A DNA stretch of 63,162 nucleotides, filler included, from Hyphochytrium catenoides (taxonomy: Eukaryota > Protista > Hyphochytriomycota), in assembly GCA_900088475.1 (NCBI GenBank). It is 5 parts of 5 records of this genome, joined end to end, with 100 filler letters (N's around TTAATTAATTAA, not from the genome) between each part and the next. Parts side by side here need not be neighbours in the genome. Positions count along the whole stretch, not along the records: positions 1 to 31,059 come from FLMG01003951.1; 4 more parts are not named here. One strand, given 5' to 3'. Both the position numbers and the translations under genes were made by a program. This document shows, in pieces, positions 12,629-30,100 of the stretch. Each line of letters starts with the position of its first letter. The first letter of the stretch is position 1. Below the pieces are notes generated by a model. The model searched no databases and was not told the DNA's origin. It was given only the letters and a program-made list of their open reading frames with translations.

Positions 12629-14761
12629 ATGTATGCAGCAACAGCTCCCCGAACCCAAACATGCCGCGCGGCGTGCCTTTCAGGGCCAGGGTCTCTGTCT
12701 TTGGCTTCGAGTGGTACAGCTCACCCTGTGAGCAAGAAGAGGCGCCGATGGGACAGTGAAGCAAAATCCGACGGGCGGTCCCCTACTAGAAAAGCAGTTT
12801 TCAAGAGCCCATCAGAGCCACATTGTCCGATGGCCCAGCACCTCGTCACGGGTTACTTCGCCCTACTTCCCGCGGAACTTCTACGCCTTGTCTTCAGGTA
12901 GAGCGTGATAGTTTGCCTTCTTGGATGAAATCGATCTAAAGCTGATGGCCTCTTACGTCAGGATGCTGAGGTCCAGGGACTTGGTTGTCTGTTATCGTGT
13001 GAGCTGGTTTTTCCGAGATCACTCGATCAACTTTATAAAGGCCGTCCGCCTCTTCTCCGAAGGCACTAAGCTGCGACGGAAGGGAAGACGAGGGGTAAGT
13101 TATTCTCCTTTTTGCCAGTGCGGTTGCCCATGCAACACATTGTGGTCACCCACTCTCTGGGGTATCACCTTTCCCTGCAGACTTTTCTGCTTGTCTCGCT
13201 CTTTCTTACTCGCTGTTGGTCTAAAAAAGTTGAAGTCATAACCCACTGAACAGTTCTTTGACCTTGTTCGGTAGGCGGCTGAGCTCTGCTTCCAACGGGC
13301 CCATGCGCAAGGGTACGCCCTGGCGGCAAACAGCATTGGGCTCCTTCATTGGGAGCGGGAAGCTTATGGTGAAGCTGTCTCATGGTTTCGAATAGGTGCC
13401 GATGGCGGCGATGGTCTCAGCGTCTGTAATCTGGCGAATGGTAAGTGCTCATTTCTATGGCCATGCCATCAACTGACGGGCGACCATAAAACGCTCATCC
13501 CCTCATGTCCTGGGTTTCGGTCTGGCTCTCTTCGCCTTTTGAGCCTATCTCACGAGCATAATGCCTGCCCTTCTCTGTGCCTTCCTCATCCATTGGAACC
13601 CGAACGTGATGCGGCAATCCTTCTGCCATACAATCCAAACTGTTCCCAGCCTTCTATCAGGGCAAAGGTAAAAAAGTACCTGCTTCGAAAGTTCTCAATC
13701 AGCTCGAGAATCACTGACCCATTGCGACTTGTCACTCTGTCATTAGGAGCTCCTTTAGACCTGGACACAGCGGCGGCGCTATTTGAAAAGGCAGCCTTGA
13801 CCGGCAATGTAAAGGCTCAGTATATGCTAGGTCTATGCTATGTCACTGGCAAAGGCGTAGGAGAGTCGAAGACGCTGGCACGCAAGTGGCTGTCGCTTGC
13901 TGCTCAGAAAGAGTAAGAGATACGCGCTGTACCCTTTTGGGCCCCCGTTTCTGTGTCATAAACTCCTTCTCGACGAAGCTCGCCATAGACTAGGAACCTC
14001 TTGCCCTTGGAGCCATAGGCTGTGTCTGAGCCTGTTCTACGGGACGAGTAGCCCCTCTCTGCATCTGTCTCTTTCATTTTGCTCATACTGGCACAACCCT
14101 TTTCTCTATTTTTTTTATGTATGCTTGGCACTAACGCTCTACACTTTCAGCTATGCTCGAGCCCAGCATCTACTTGCCTTGTGTATAGCGGACATCTCTA
14201 CTAGTAAAAAGGAGGAAGTTTGGCGTCATTCCGCCTCGAGCGTGTACTGGCTGAGAAAGGCAGCTAATCAAGGTCATGCCGAAGCCCAGCTTTGTTTGGT
14301 AAGTGACATCTTTGAGAACGCCATCGCAGGCGATACGTCAAGGATGGGAGGGCGTTAAAGCTAAACGGCTAGAGACAAATGAACAAAGAGAACCAGAGCG
14401 AAGAGAGAGAGAGGGAGTGCAGAAAGGGTGGACAACATGTTCCGCCAAGGAGGCGGCATGAGCTCTACTCCTACTGATCAGCAAACTAAGCAAGGTAACG
14501 AGCTCTACGAAGGCTAAACTTTCTTTATTTTCTGATCCGTAGGCGGAATGCTATAACAAAGGTTCAGGCATACAAAGAGATGAACGACGGGCTCTTGTTT
14601 GGTTCGAGCTGGCATACAGACAAGGTTTGACTGAGGCGAGAGAAATGTCCTCGCCCCTTAGGGCTTCTTTCACAATTGCTGAGCTGCTTGAGCTTCGCAA
14701 GGAGATTGACAGACGGGAAGAAAAGTATCGAGGAAGTAGGAAGACGAGAACTGGAACATGA
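12629..14761 (+). CDS. F-box plus Sel1-like repeat protein
   Basis: F-box-like FALLPAELLRLVFR/MLRSRDL..CYRVS. Several Sel1 repeats (AQYMLGLCYVTGKGV...ARKWLSLAA, YWLRKAANQGHAEAQLCL/AECYNKGSGIQRD...ALVWFELA). Includes an 18-nt microexon at 13650-13667. Confidence 0.8.
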
Positions 14762-15062
14762 AACGAGTCTATTTTTGCAGCACATAGTAGAAGTAGTCCT
14801 AGGCAGAGAGAGACAAGGCAAGGCCGAGCTGCGCTATGTGCTTGTCAGCCACACACATTGTCTGAACGAACTAGATTCAGGCTTTATTTATTCAGCCACT
14901 ATATTGGCTGGGGCTGGAGCGCTATCGGTCAACCTTCGTGGGCTCTTCGTGCAGACAATATCATAGGATATGTAGAGGGAGGAGATGAAGATGAAAAGTG
15001 AGGGACCACTATCTCCCTCAGGCTCTAATAACAATCTTATGACTGCCAAGCCGCAGTCAGAA

Positions 15063-16442
15063 CTATGAAAAATCGTGGTTTGTCTCAAAGGTCAGCTTCC
15101 GCGCCACGGAGGCAGTCTGCTGAAGCAGTAAAATGACCTGAGACAGGAGAAACGAAATTCAGTGAGAAACTCATCTTAAGGACATGGACTACTGGCGACG
15201 ACTAGTGCAGAGGCTCACCGAGCAAAGGAGAGGATGTGAAGCACCAAAGATGAGAAGATAACAGGTCGAGGGCAAAAGATCAGGTCAAGAGCAGGTCTGG
15301 CGTCACGCTATACCAGGCCGTCACTCCCAGCTCTTACCCGCAACCATAGCCGCCACCAATGGAAGATGATTGAAGGAACTAGAGTAAGAAAGGAAAGAGC
15401 AAGTTACCTTGTCTAAGCTGAGGCTAGTGATATCCATTCCATTGATCGCCACCAGCACGTAGCCTGGGTGGACGATGCCACTGGCCTCCAAAGCACCCTC
15501 AGACCCGTCGGGCAACGCGGTAAAGCCATCCACCACTGCTAAATCTTGGTACTCTGAGTCCAGAAGAAGGCCCAGAGGGCCAGGAGGCACAGCCACCTCT
15601 ACAATGGGAGGGATATCCTCGCTAATGAAAGTAGGAAGAGAGCAGGGATAAGAAGAGGGAAAGAGGGACAGACAGACGAACAGAGACATAGCGAGAGAAG
15701 AAAAGAGAGAATGAGAGAGACAGCCAGCCAGCCAGAGGGAGTGAAACACGGAGAGAAAGAGAGAGAGAGAGAGTGAGAGACAGACATACAGACATACAGA
15801 GTGCGAGAGAGAGAGAGAAAGAGAAAGAGTGCTGAAGATCGAGAAAGGAGTGCTAGTCACATTTAAGAACAGGGAGATGAAGAAGGCACTTTGGAGCCAG
15901 AGAGCGCCAATAAAGAAGGCAGGAAGAGCTCCGTAGATGAAGGCCAATGTCTCTCTTCTCCTTGCCCTTGGTCTTACAGAGCTTCCTCGTCCGAGTCCAG
16001 CCTCTCACTGTTCTCTCCTCCGACGGAGTGCAAGATCTGTGTAGACTGGGAGGCTGAATCATCTGCATACGCCTGATGGAGAAGCGGAAGAACAAGCAGA
16101 GACAAAGAGGATGATGCGGTAAGCCGGGAAGTTCCAGGTAGAGTGATAGGGCACAGGCACGGAGAAGGGTCTCTGGGAGTGTATAGAGAAGATGAAGCTG
16201 ACCTGAGGCTGCTTTGCTGCCTGTGGTCCGGCAGTGCCTGAGAATTGAGCCGGACGAGCCTCAGGATGTCCTGTCTGCTTTAACCCGGCACTGTGCTGCC
16301 TCGGCTGCTCTTCTCGTCTCCTGTCTGCTGCTGGCTCTTGGAAGATGTGCTTTGCCTTAGGAGATGGCTGAAATGTAGCAGCCGCAGCTTTGGCGTACTG
16401 ATCATCGGCATTACCGCCGCAGCAGCTGCCGTTGTTACCCAT
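15063..16442 (-). CDS. Small N-acylated protein with a C-terminal PDZ-like domain, 4 exons
   Basis: Starts MGNNGSCCGG (myristoyl/palmitoyl-type motif). PDZ-like VEVAVPPGPLGLLL...VVDGF...GALEASGIVHPGYVLVAINGMDITSLSLDK/VILLLQQ...RKLTFE. Junction phases are consistent. Confidence 0.75.
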
Positions 16443-17455
16443 AGACTCAAACAGAAGCACTCAAGCTTCAAGAGCTCTCTCAGCCAGCTCTTTTCTTTCT
16501 CTTCTCCCTCTCCCAGAAGCCCTGACTCTCTTCCCTTCTCGCTGAGAATCTTGGACCCGATCGTCCGTCCAAAAGTCTCCCCCAGCTCGTAACCTTCCCT
16601 TCGATGACCCAGTCGCTCCCGCCAACTGAGCTCTGCAGCAGTGGAAGGCAAGAGTTGATGTGAACCAACAGCGTCGTTGTCAAGCGAAAGGGAAAGTCAG
16701 CGGGCAATGAATGCCAGTGCGCGGGCTGGAGTCATAGGAATCGTAGTGCACTTGTGCTTGTAACATGCGAAGAATCAATTTCTCTTCCTTTCCTTCCTCT
16801 CTCTCTCTCTGTCTCTCTCTCTCTGTCTTGTCTCGTATTAGTTTGTGGCTATTTTATAATACTATGATTTCTGTAGATTGTATCTCGGTGACTCTCTGTC
16901 TTGTGACGGCTGGATTTGGTTCCCCGTTAGTCGGGCAACAAGTGACAATTCGCATGGAGCTGGCTCAGCGGGAGGACACATCACTCGAGACTCAGGGACA
17001 CAGCAGAAAGGAGAGAAAGTGAGAGAGAGAGAGAAGAGAGACACAAAAGAGGGTGAGGGAGGTCAAGGTGGACGGTGAGGAGGAAGACTAGATGAGGGAG
17101 TCAGGCGGCAAGGTGAGCGGCTCAGGCTAATGATGAGAGAAGATGCGTGTCTGGTCAAGATAAACGAGTCTGCAAGTGGTCAGACTCTCATTTATTTTAT
17201 TAGCCCAAGAAGATATCTCCCTGCCTTGACGGGCTCCCGGCCATTCAGTCACGGAAATCTCAACGCTCAGTGAGAGCGAACGAGAGAGAGAAACGGTAGA
17301 CTGGGGGCGGAGAGAGAGGGAGAAGGGGAGAAAAGGAGAGAAGCCTAAGGAGCTCAAGGTGATAAACTAACAGCTACAGGCCACTCTCCAATCTCTTCCG
17401 TCCCTCGACTGCCAACCTCTTCAGGAGAAGTCCTCAAGTTAGTTTCTCTCTCTCT

Positions 17456-21363
<3,908 letters not shown>

Positions 21364-23539
21364 GGCTTCTACCCCTACAACTAATACCCCGTACGTCACA
21401 CGCTTCTCAAACCCAGTCAACCACGCCCGATCCTGAAAGCTAGCAAAGCATCAGCTCAGCAAGCAATCACTCGCGAGGACACCGTCGGTCTCAATCTCAC
21501 TTGCTGTGCGAACCGTCCCGCTCTATCTCGTGCTGCCGAAGCTCTAGGATGGCTCCAGCGAGCTCTAGAGACCAGATGCAGGAGAAGTCACTTTCTGAAG
21601 ACGCAATGAGAATCTGCCTGCTGCGCCCTGGACGGCGGGGCGGCCCTGACATCACCACCAGCAGGATATTTCTCGCCTGCATCGACCTCCACCGTGTTCC
21701 CAACCAATGTAAATTCACAACCTGAGCAGCAGTTCGCTACCTCTCTGTGTCAATTTAGTACTTTTGGCGTGTCAGTTTAGCGATAATTGACAGGTTTGTT
21801 GTCGAGAATGAAGGTTAAGTGGGAACATAAACAGCGTTCCTTGTGGGTTGTCGACAGTCAAGAAAGGTGAGAAGGCAAGCGAAGGAATCGGACATCGAAG
21901 ACCATCACCGGGCCGAGGAGACCGAGACGATCCTCCCGATGAAGATCCAGCGTGCTAGAGACTAGGAAGCACGCTCCTGGCGTTGCTTGTCTCTATGACG
22001 GTGAATATGGGTAGGATATAGGCGATAGAGGCTATGGCCTTGCCGTTGAAGCCAGTGGGCATGGGACAGTGGGTTCTCCTTTAAGTCTCTAGCAAAGTGT
22101 AACAGGCTCGTGAACAGCTATCGGGTGGGAGGCTTCCCATAACGTGATATGGCCGACCGCCGACATAAGTTAGGTTATTATGCGGGGACACTGTGATGAG
22201 TGAACGGTCAAGAGGATAAAGTTCTATCGCACTCCTCGATATGTTGCAGCCTTGACTCTGCAAACTTTCTTGTTGATCTTGCCCCTTCCGCCAGTCGCAA
22301 AGTGTGCACCCTTGATGGCAATGGAGGAGCTTGACATGCCTCAATAAGACTACCTTGTGACACTAAAGGCTGAATGGACATCAGCGTTGGCTCACACTCT
22401 CAATCTTTCTACGGCTCCCGTGGAGCAGCACTTCCACCCCTACACACTTATGGCTGCTTTCTTCTGCGGATATAGCTACCGAGAAACAACTAAGATCGAA
22501 GCAATAGTCACAAAAGAAACGTAGCAAAGAAAGAAGACACCAAGGAAGAATGAGAGGCTAGAAAAGAAAGAAAGGAGAGGACGACTGTAGGCGAGAGAAC
22601 AAGTAAGTGCGCCGTGCCCTAGAAGTGTCAAAAGATTAAAGAGAGACAGCGGAGAGAGAAGATGCCTTAAAAAGATAGAGGCAGGTAATTGTTTACTGAG
22701 AGCACCTTTTGAGGCTGTAGAGCTCCAGGAGATGGAGACAGTGGACAGGAAACGGAATGGACGGATTGCTAAGTCAGATAACGGGCGCAACGGGCCCAGT
22801 GGGCTTCTTAGTCTCAAACCCAAAGAAGCCTGAAATGTCCTAGCACTTTCTCTCTTTCTTTCTTCAGGCTCTCGATCCAAGCTTTCAATGTTAAATCAAT
22901 CAAATACCTCTCGTCTTCTTCTTCCTCATGCCTGCACTAATTGAGGTGCGGGGATCTGCGTGCGCTTGCACTCCCTCCCTATCATCAGCCTTCCGCCACC
23001 TATCGTCCCCTGTCCAGTAGACTTTCGCCCTCACCAGTCAGATTGATAGGAGCTTGTACCCTATACCGTAACACCACTCCGCTCTCAATGAGAGACAGAG
23101 TCTTTTCTGTTACTGCCAGGATGCGGCGACATACGGCTAGCCTTGGGCCGCTACCTCTGTTGTTTACTCTCAAAAACAAAGTTAGCGACCTCTCTCTCTC
23201 TCTCTCTCCGCTGACGCTCACTGCTCTGACTGCTTCACTGTATGTCTCTTCCTTGTGGCGGAGGTTCTCTCTATCATTATGAAAGGCGGCCGAGGCCTTC
23301 AAGGGCCACGCTGCACAGGATCTGGAGCTCTGGACCAAGCGATGAACGCGAGAGTTGAGATAATCTGCCGGACTCACTGGGCGTTAGCAGCTATTATTGT
23401 AACGCCGTTCAGAGAGCTTTGGGTGGCATCCTTCCCTTGTTGGGCCCTTGCTTGGTCGATCATTCAACCTGTTCGCCTTCTCTCTCTCCCACTCTCTCTC
23501 TCTCTCTCTCTCTCTTCTCATTACTTGCTGCTGCTGCTG

Positions 23540-23546
23540 CTCTCTC

Positions 23547-23606
<60 letters not shown>
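23540..23606. repeat. (CT)n microsatellite, representative of dozens of CT/GA arrays from ~15 kb onward
   Basis: Near-perfect CT dinucleotide run seen directly. Similar runs flank most assembly gaps. Confidence 0.95.
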
Positions 23607-23610
<4 letters not shown>

Positions 23611-24189
23611 TTTGTCTCTGCCCTGTGTTCTCTCTTCATGTTTCTCTCTTCTTCTTTCTCTTTCTCTCCTCTCCTCTCTTCCCCCACTGTCGATATGTCT
23701 CCTCCTCTTCTACCCTTTCTCTCCTTCACTCTCCATAACTTGATCCTGGTGTGCTTTTCTCTTGCTATTTCCTTTCACTCAAGTGAGCCTCGTTAAGTCT
23801 TTCACCCCGTTCCTCGTGTTAGGTGCAGGGTCCCGAGCCATCAAGACCCATGGTCTTCTTTGTTGATCTAAAGTTAAACCAGCTGTCCTCTCCCCCACCC
23901 TTTTTCTTTTGAATCAGCCAGCTTCGCGATCTGAAATAGCGGCCCGTTTCGCTATCTCTTCATGATCGACCCCTGCGCACCGTCGGTCTCTCTCTCCTAT
24001 CCTTAGCCCTCATCACTTATCTAAACAGAGAAAGAGAGAGAGTGTGTGTGTGTGGACCGAGCGAAGGAGAGGGTTGCCAAGCATGAAACTCCAGGGAGGT
24101 TGCCAAGCATGACACTCCATATAGAGTGATAAGCGCCGCCGTGGAGGCAAAGAGCCAAGACTGTGCATAAGAGGTTAGAAGAGAAAGCG

Positions 24190-27100
24190 ATGACTTCTCT
24201 ATTAGATAAGGCCGAGCGCTTCAGGGAAGAGAGAATGCGTCTCAAGAACAGTGCTGAGGAGCCGGTAAGACTCCATCGGGAAGAGGAAGCAAAAGAGAGA
24301 AAGAGAGGAAGAAAGGAAGAGAGAGGAAGAGAGAGAAAAAGGAAGAGAGAGGAAGAGAGAGAAAAAGGAAGAGAGAGGAAGAGAGAGAANNNNNNNNNNN
24401 NNNNNNNNNNNNNNNNNNNNNNNNNNNNNNNNNNNNNNNNNNNNNNNNNNNNNNNNNNNNNNNNNNNNNNNNNNNNNNNNNNNGTTCGACCCGAAGCCCC
24501 GACTGGAGACCAGAAAGTACACATTTGGCGCGGAAGACCCATCGAAGGAAGTTTATCGGAGACCCTCGCCACGTCCGTCAGCTAAGATATTTGCTCCCTC
24601 TCAGTATCTTCTCCTACCTTAGTCGGTAGCAATGATCTCTTTCTCCTTCTCTCCCTACCTCTCTCTTGCCCTCTCTCTCTCTCTCTCTCTCTTCCTCTCT
24701 CCCCTTTGCATTGTCTTGCTTTTCCTGGATCTTTAGTCTCTTTGACTTTCCTCTACTCCTCTTTCAGGCCCGGGTCCAGAGACCTACAGTCCTAAGAAAG
24801 ACGGGGAGTTTCCTCAGCTGGGACCCTTAGACTCTAAGGAAAGATCCCGCCGGCGGCCACTCCTTCACCATCCTACCGGCGAATCCCCAGGACGATGGGA
24901 AGATAACCTGGGCCCTGGTTCTTATGACAGGACCGACGAGGTGATGACGGTGTCCTTCTCTCCTCTCATCCTCTCTCCCTCTCTGCCTCTCACTCTCTGT
25001 GTTTCTCTCTCTGTGTCTCTCTCTCTTTCTCTTATGTGTGTCTCTCTTGTTGCTTCCTTTGAAGTTTGTGCGGCGTAGCTCTTTTCTCTTTCTTCTCCCT
25101 TCTTTATGCCCTTCAGCCTCTCTTATCTTGCGTTCTCCTCTCTGGTTCTTCGGTCCTTAGTCTTTGGCATGGGAAGGCCTCATCTCTGTCTCGTATGCAC
25201 TACGTCCCGGCCTACTGTCGCAACCAGGGGTGAATGTCTATCAAGCTCTTTCTTCCCCTCGGCTTTCGTCTGTCTACTTTGATTATCCTGAGGTATCTCT
25301 CTTGCTTATCCTTGCTTTTTAGGGCTGGAAGCGCGCTGTGACGACAACCAAGTCTACCTTCTCCTTCGGGAAACGAACATCCGCGGCAGACAGATCTAAA
25401 GAGAAAGTACCAGGTCTTGCATCGAAGTCGAGTCTCTCGCGTGCCTCCAGCTGTGCGCTTTCACGTTACGCTTTCGGCAATCTGTCGTCGCCTCATATGT
25501 GGATATCTCGTTCTCTTTTTTTCTTCTCTCTACGCCCTCTCTCTTCTTTTCTTCTCTCTGCGCTCTCTCTCTTTCTCCCTATATCTTTCTCTGTCCGTCT
25601 GTCTGTCTGTCTCTCTCTCTCTCCTCTCAGTCTCTCTCCCTAGCAAGCGTGTGGGGGCATCCTTACGTGCAGCTATAGGCCACTCTTCCTCTCCCTCTCT
25701 CTCGGTGTTGCTCTTATTCCTGCTTGGCAGAATGCCCTCACGCGTAGAATTCTTTCATTAACATCCGCTTGTCAGTCCTAAGTCCTTCCTCGCTCCAAAG
25801 CCCAATCCCTAAGCTTCCCATCCTAACCTATGATATCACTCTCTCTTTCTTTCTCTTCTTTTTATCGTCGTCTTTTCATTTACCGTTTCTCTCTCTTCCC
25901 TTTCGTCTCTCCCGGAGTACTTTCTTCGCCCCTTCTCTCCAATACCTGTGATGTTAGTTGACCAGTCTCTATAGGTCCTGGCAGCTACAATCCGAAGGCA
26001 AACACTATTGAAGACGCGATAGAGAGGGCGCGGGCCTCGTATACTAACAATGGACTCCATGTCCGTACCATCGCACTTACCAAAGAAAGACTCTCGCCTA
26101 TCAAGCGTAAGAAGAGCTACTAAGATAGAATGATGCCATCTCTCTTTCTCTCTTGGGTCACCACACGCCTCATGCCTTCTCTCGTGCTCCACGCTCGCTT
26201 CTTATACGGATGGTCATCATCTAAGGGCTCGTCTACCTTCTAACCTTCTCACCTTTCGCCCTCCTCTTCCATGTTCTCACTCTGGCTTCTCCCATACAGC
26301 GGCCTACGTGCCAGGTCCGACGTATTATTTGTCCCATAGCAACCTCCTGTCAGATGCTGTCAGGACCCCGAAGTTTCAGCCGCCGCCTGAGTCCAACAAG
26401 GCGAAAGGGATGAGAGTTACGACTCCAGGTTGCATTTCTTGCCCCTTTTTCCGCCTCACGGTTGTCACTCTCTAACTGGCTCTTGTCCTTCCATGCGTTT
26501 CTTGTCTCCCTCAGGGTTATGATCTATCTATCTTTCTTTCATTTGAGTTCGTGGCTTCTTGCATCGTATCTAGGTCCCGACTCTTCAGTATCCAGCTTCA
26601 TCTTCAACCTGTTTCTTTGCTTACTGCAGAGCCAGTGGAGAATCCTGGGCCAGCGTCGTATGATCCGGTCTATCCAACTGTGGGTGCCAGGGAGAGTAAG
26701 AATGTTCGGTGCGGGTACCGGGAGGAAGCGTCGCAGGGAAAAAGCAGGTTAGAGTCGTGCAATGCCAGCTTTCTTCTTTTCCTGCATGCTTGCCTTTCGT
26801 CTTGGTCCTGCCTGCCTATCTTCCAACCCGATGACCGGTTGATCTGTATGATGTCTCCTGTTCTCTAGCTTGCCTTCGCCTTGCCTTCCGTCTATCACCA
26901 TCTGGTGTATCGACTTCATTTCCCCGACGTTTGCTCCACTACTGGATTGGGGCCATTGTCCTGACAATTGGCGTATATATCTTTGCTCTCGCTGTACTCT
27001 TCTCCCAGCGTCACTCTGCCGGAATGGCTCAAGGCGCCTGCAGACTTGACTGTTCCGGAACCTCTGAAGGGTCTTGCACTTCCTAGCTTGCGCAATCTTC

Positions 27101-30100
27101 TGCTGCATTCGAAGCCTCCTTCTCCCTCTCTTTCTCTTTCTTCTTCTCCAGTGTCCACCTATTCCTCACCCTCCTCAGCAAGAGGTAAAAGGAGTCGCGG
27201 CCCGAGCGTCAGCCCCATCAAGAGAAAGAGGTCGGACGGCAGTGGCTCCAAGAGCTCTTTAGCCGAAAGCAGTAAGAGGACACTTCATTTCCGATGCCAG
27301 ATCTCCCGTACTCTTCCTCCTCCTCCTCAGAGCAATAGATCGAACTGCGCTTCTCGCCTTTGTCACCCATGTCCTTGCTTGCTATCCTTAAGACTAGGAC
27401 AGAAAGCCTAGCTACAGGTCAACATTTCTCTCTTGCCTTGAAGCTCTCTTTCTCTTCCTGCTCTACTTGCGGGTGTCTATTTCCTCTTAATCTGATACGC
27501 TTTATGTTGTTTCCTCTCTGCAAACCTCTCACCTGAAGGGATTGCTGAGAACAGGAAGAGCCCAGTGATTGAGATAGAGGACGGAGGGTGTGAAAATATG
27601 CACATAACAGAAGAAAGGGAAGGCTTGTCCTATCAGCAAACTGAAGTGAGAGAACAGTTGCAGCCGGTTGATCTCGAGTTACCGCTTAATAGGACGGAGG
27701 GTGATAGAAAGCCCGAGGAAGAAGTGACAGCAGAGGGTTACGAGGTGGAAGATGGTGACCAGCATGCTGAGGCTCAGGACGAGAAGTCGGCTTCCGATAG
27801 ACTTGGAGCGAAGAAGGAGGAAGACAGACAAGAAGATTGTTCAGGTCGGACCACCTTGGATCTCACCAGAGCGGAAGGCATGGAGAGTGGAATGCCTCGC
27901 GCAACCTCAACTCAATGGGCAGCTCCTTCCGGCTCTTTGCCCGCTACTCTCTCACACTCCGACCTGGCTGCGGGTCTCCCTTCCTCTAAAGAGCCTTCCT
28001 GCCCGTCACCACTGCCTTCCAGCCTAGGTGGGGAAAACACATCTGTTAGTGGAGCTGAAGCGCTGAAGGTAGAGGTGAAGCAGACGAGAGATCCTGATCC
28101 TTCTTTCTCCTCTATTGATCAAGACAGCTATAGTGAAGAACAAGACCCAGAACGGTCAGACCAGGACAGAAAGAAGCAAGCAGATGAGGAGTCTTCTCTC
28201 CCAGCTTCTCCTCTGGAAGAAGAGGAGATTCATACCCAGAAGGACCGTCATGGTGAGGTCAGGTCGAAAGAAAGTGGAGAAGATGGGGAAAGCGGTTATA
28301 CAGCCAGAGAAAAGAAGGAGGAAGGAGACGAAAGAAGCCAGGAGGTGATGCATTCGGAAAGGGAACGGATGCTCGAGAGTAAGGAAGACGGGAACAAGGA
28401 GATGAGCAGTGAGCCGGAAGAGAAGAAAGACGAGAGCAAGGCTCAGAAGGATGAGGAGGCAATAGTCAAAACCGACGAAAGACACGGAGAACTGAAAGAG
28501 ACACACCCAAAGGATGAAGGAGCAGCGCCGTCGGGATCGGGATCTCCTCTTAAAGATGAATCTGTCTCTCCCTCGTCCTCTCCTGACTCTGCACCTCTGG
28601 CGTCCGATGGCCAGGAACAGCCCAGCTATGTAGGCGAACCTGTACGAGCGGTAGAGGCACAAAGTGTTGAAGAAAGACTGCTATCGGAAACTTCGGAGGA
28701 CAGACAACAGCAGGATGTCACCGTGACATTCAGGAAAGGAGAAGAGCAATCACTGGAAGCTTCGAATCCCACTCGCAACCTCCCATCCTCAGGCAATGAC
28801 ATCCCTTCTGCAGAAGGAGGAAGCAGCCCAGGGGCGGATTGGCAGCAGCCGCTTTTGGCGGTGGGGGTGGGCGAAAGAGGCGCAAACTTAGAGACGCAAA
28901 CAGACGGAGACCAGCAAACAAGGACTAATGAGAAGGAAGAAGTGACGCCAAAAGTGGCCGACTATCTGCTTCAGGCACTGGACACCCCAAGCGCGTCTGA
29001 TCTTAGTGATCAGGCACCACACAGTCTTCCATCCTCAGTGTCAGCCTCTAATATAGCGGACGAGAACCGAGATGTCGAGAGAGACAATGCAGAGAAGGCA
29101 AACAACCCTGACAGTGCGACTCTCTTTGATGAACAAAACGGCGCAGCCGTTGACGAAGTGAACATAACGGATGAGCAAAAGTACCAGCCGCCAGCGGAGA
29201 TTTCCTCTCCTGCCCGTACTGTTCTAGCGGCACCGTCTCCTTCTGAACCTTTGGCACAGCTTGAAGACAAGTGGGACGATGATGAAGCGGATTGGGAGGT
29301 GGAAGGCAAGAACAGTGCGTCTGCCTATCAGCCATCCACAGACGAGTCCGGTGAAGGAGGAAAGGAAACGCTTGTCATGGAAACAGAAGGAGGTGATAAC
29401 AACGCCTCTCCGGAAGCGGCGCTAAGAGCAGAGACAGGAGGCACAGATGAAAATCTGGTTGTGATGCAGGAGGCTCCTCAGGCGGACCTGTTCACTGCTG
29501 TTCCCCATGACAGAGATGTAGAGACAAAGGAGAAAGATGTAGAATTTGGTTCGTCACCGGGAGAAGAGTTCAGAGAAGAACAGGGAGAACGACAGGAAGA
29601 GACCTGTTCAAATACTTCTGGACGAGAAGGAAGAGAGGTCACAGACAAGCAAGTGAGTGCCTCTGCTCTGCCGGAGACGAAGGAGGTAGAGAGGGCAGAC
29701 GGGAATAGCGCTGTGCTTTCGGCGGAAGGAGAAGACGCGACTGAGGCAGCGCCAGCATTCAGCGAATGGGAAGAAGGGGCAAAGGACAACAATCAAACAT
29801 CGAGAGCTCAGGAAGAGATAGAGCCTCCTTTTAGTTCTCAACCAGCACCTCCCATCTCTAGCTTATTTCAAGCGGTAGAGCAGCAGCAGGAGGAGGAGCA
29901 GTGGGAGGAGGATGAGTTAGACTGGGAAGATGACGGGAAGAAGGAGCTTCCGACAGCTGCAGACCAGGACACGCGAGGCGCTACAGCGGGTAGAGAACAA
30001 CAGAATGTGGTCCAGCAAGAGCAAGAGATAGGTCCTGTGGATCCACCGTCGGTGGCACGAGACGCAGATAAGAATGAGCAGGATTGGGAGACAGAAGAGC

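Noticed and set aside
21840-23900. Possible spliced + strand gene between AFG3 and the SHIPPO gene, with similar hints at 6000-6700, 8000-8600 and 10000-10700
   Set aside because: Splice-like signals are present, but I could not build a consistent frame or recognise a product.
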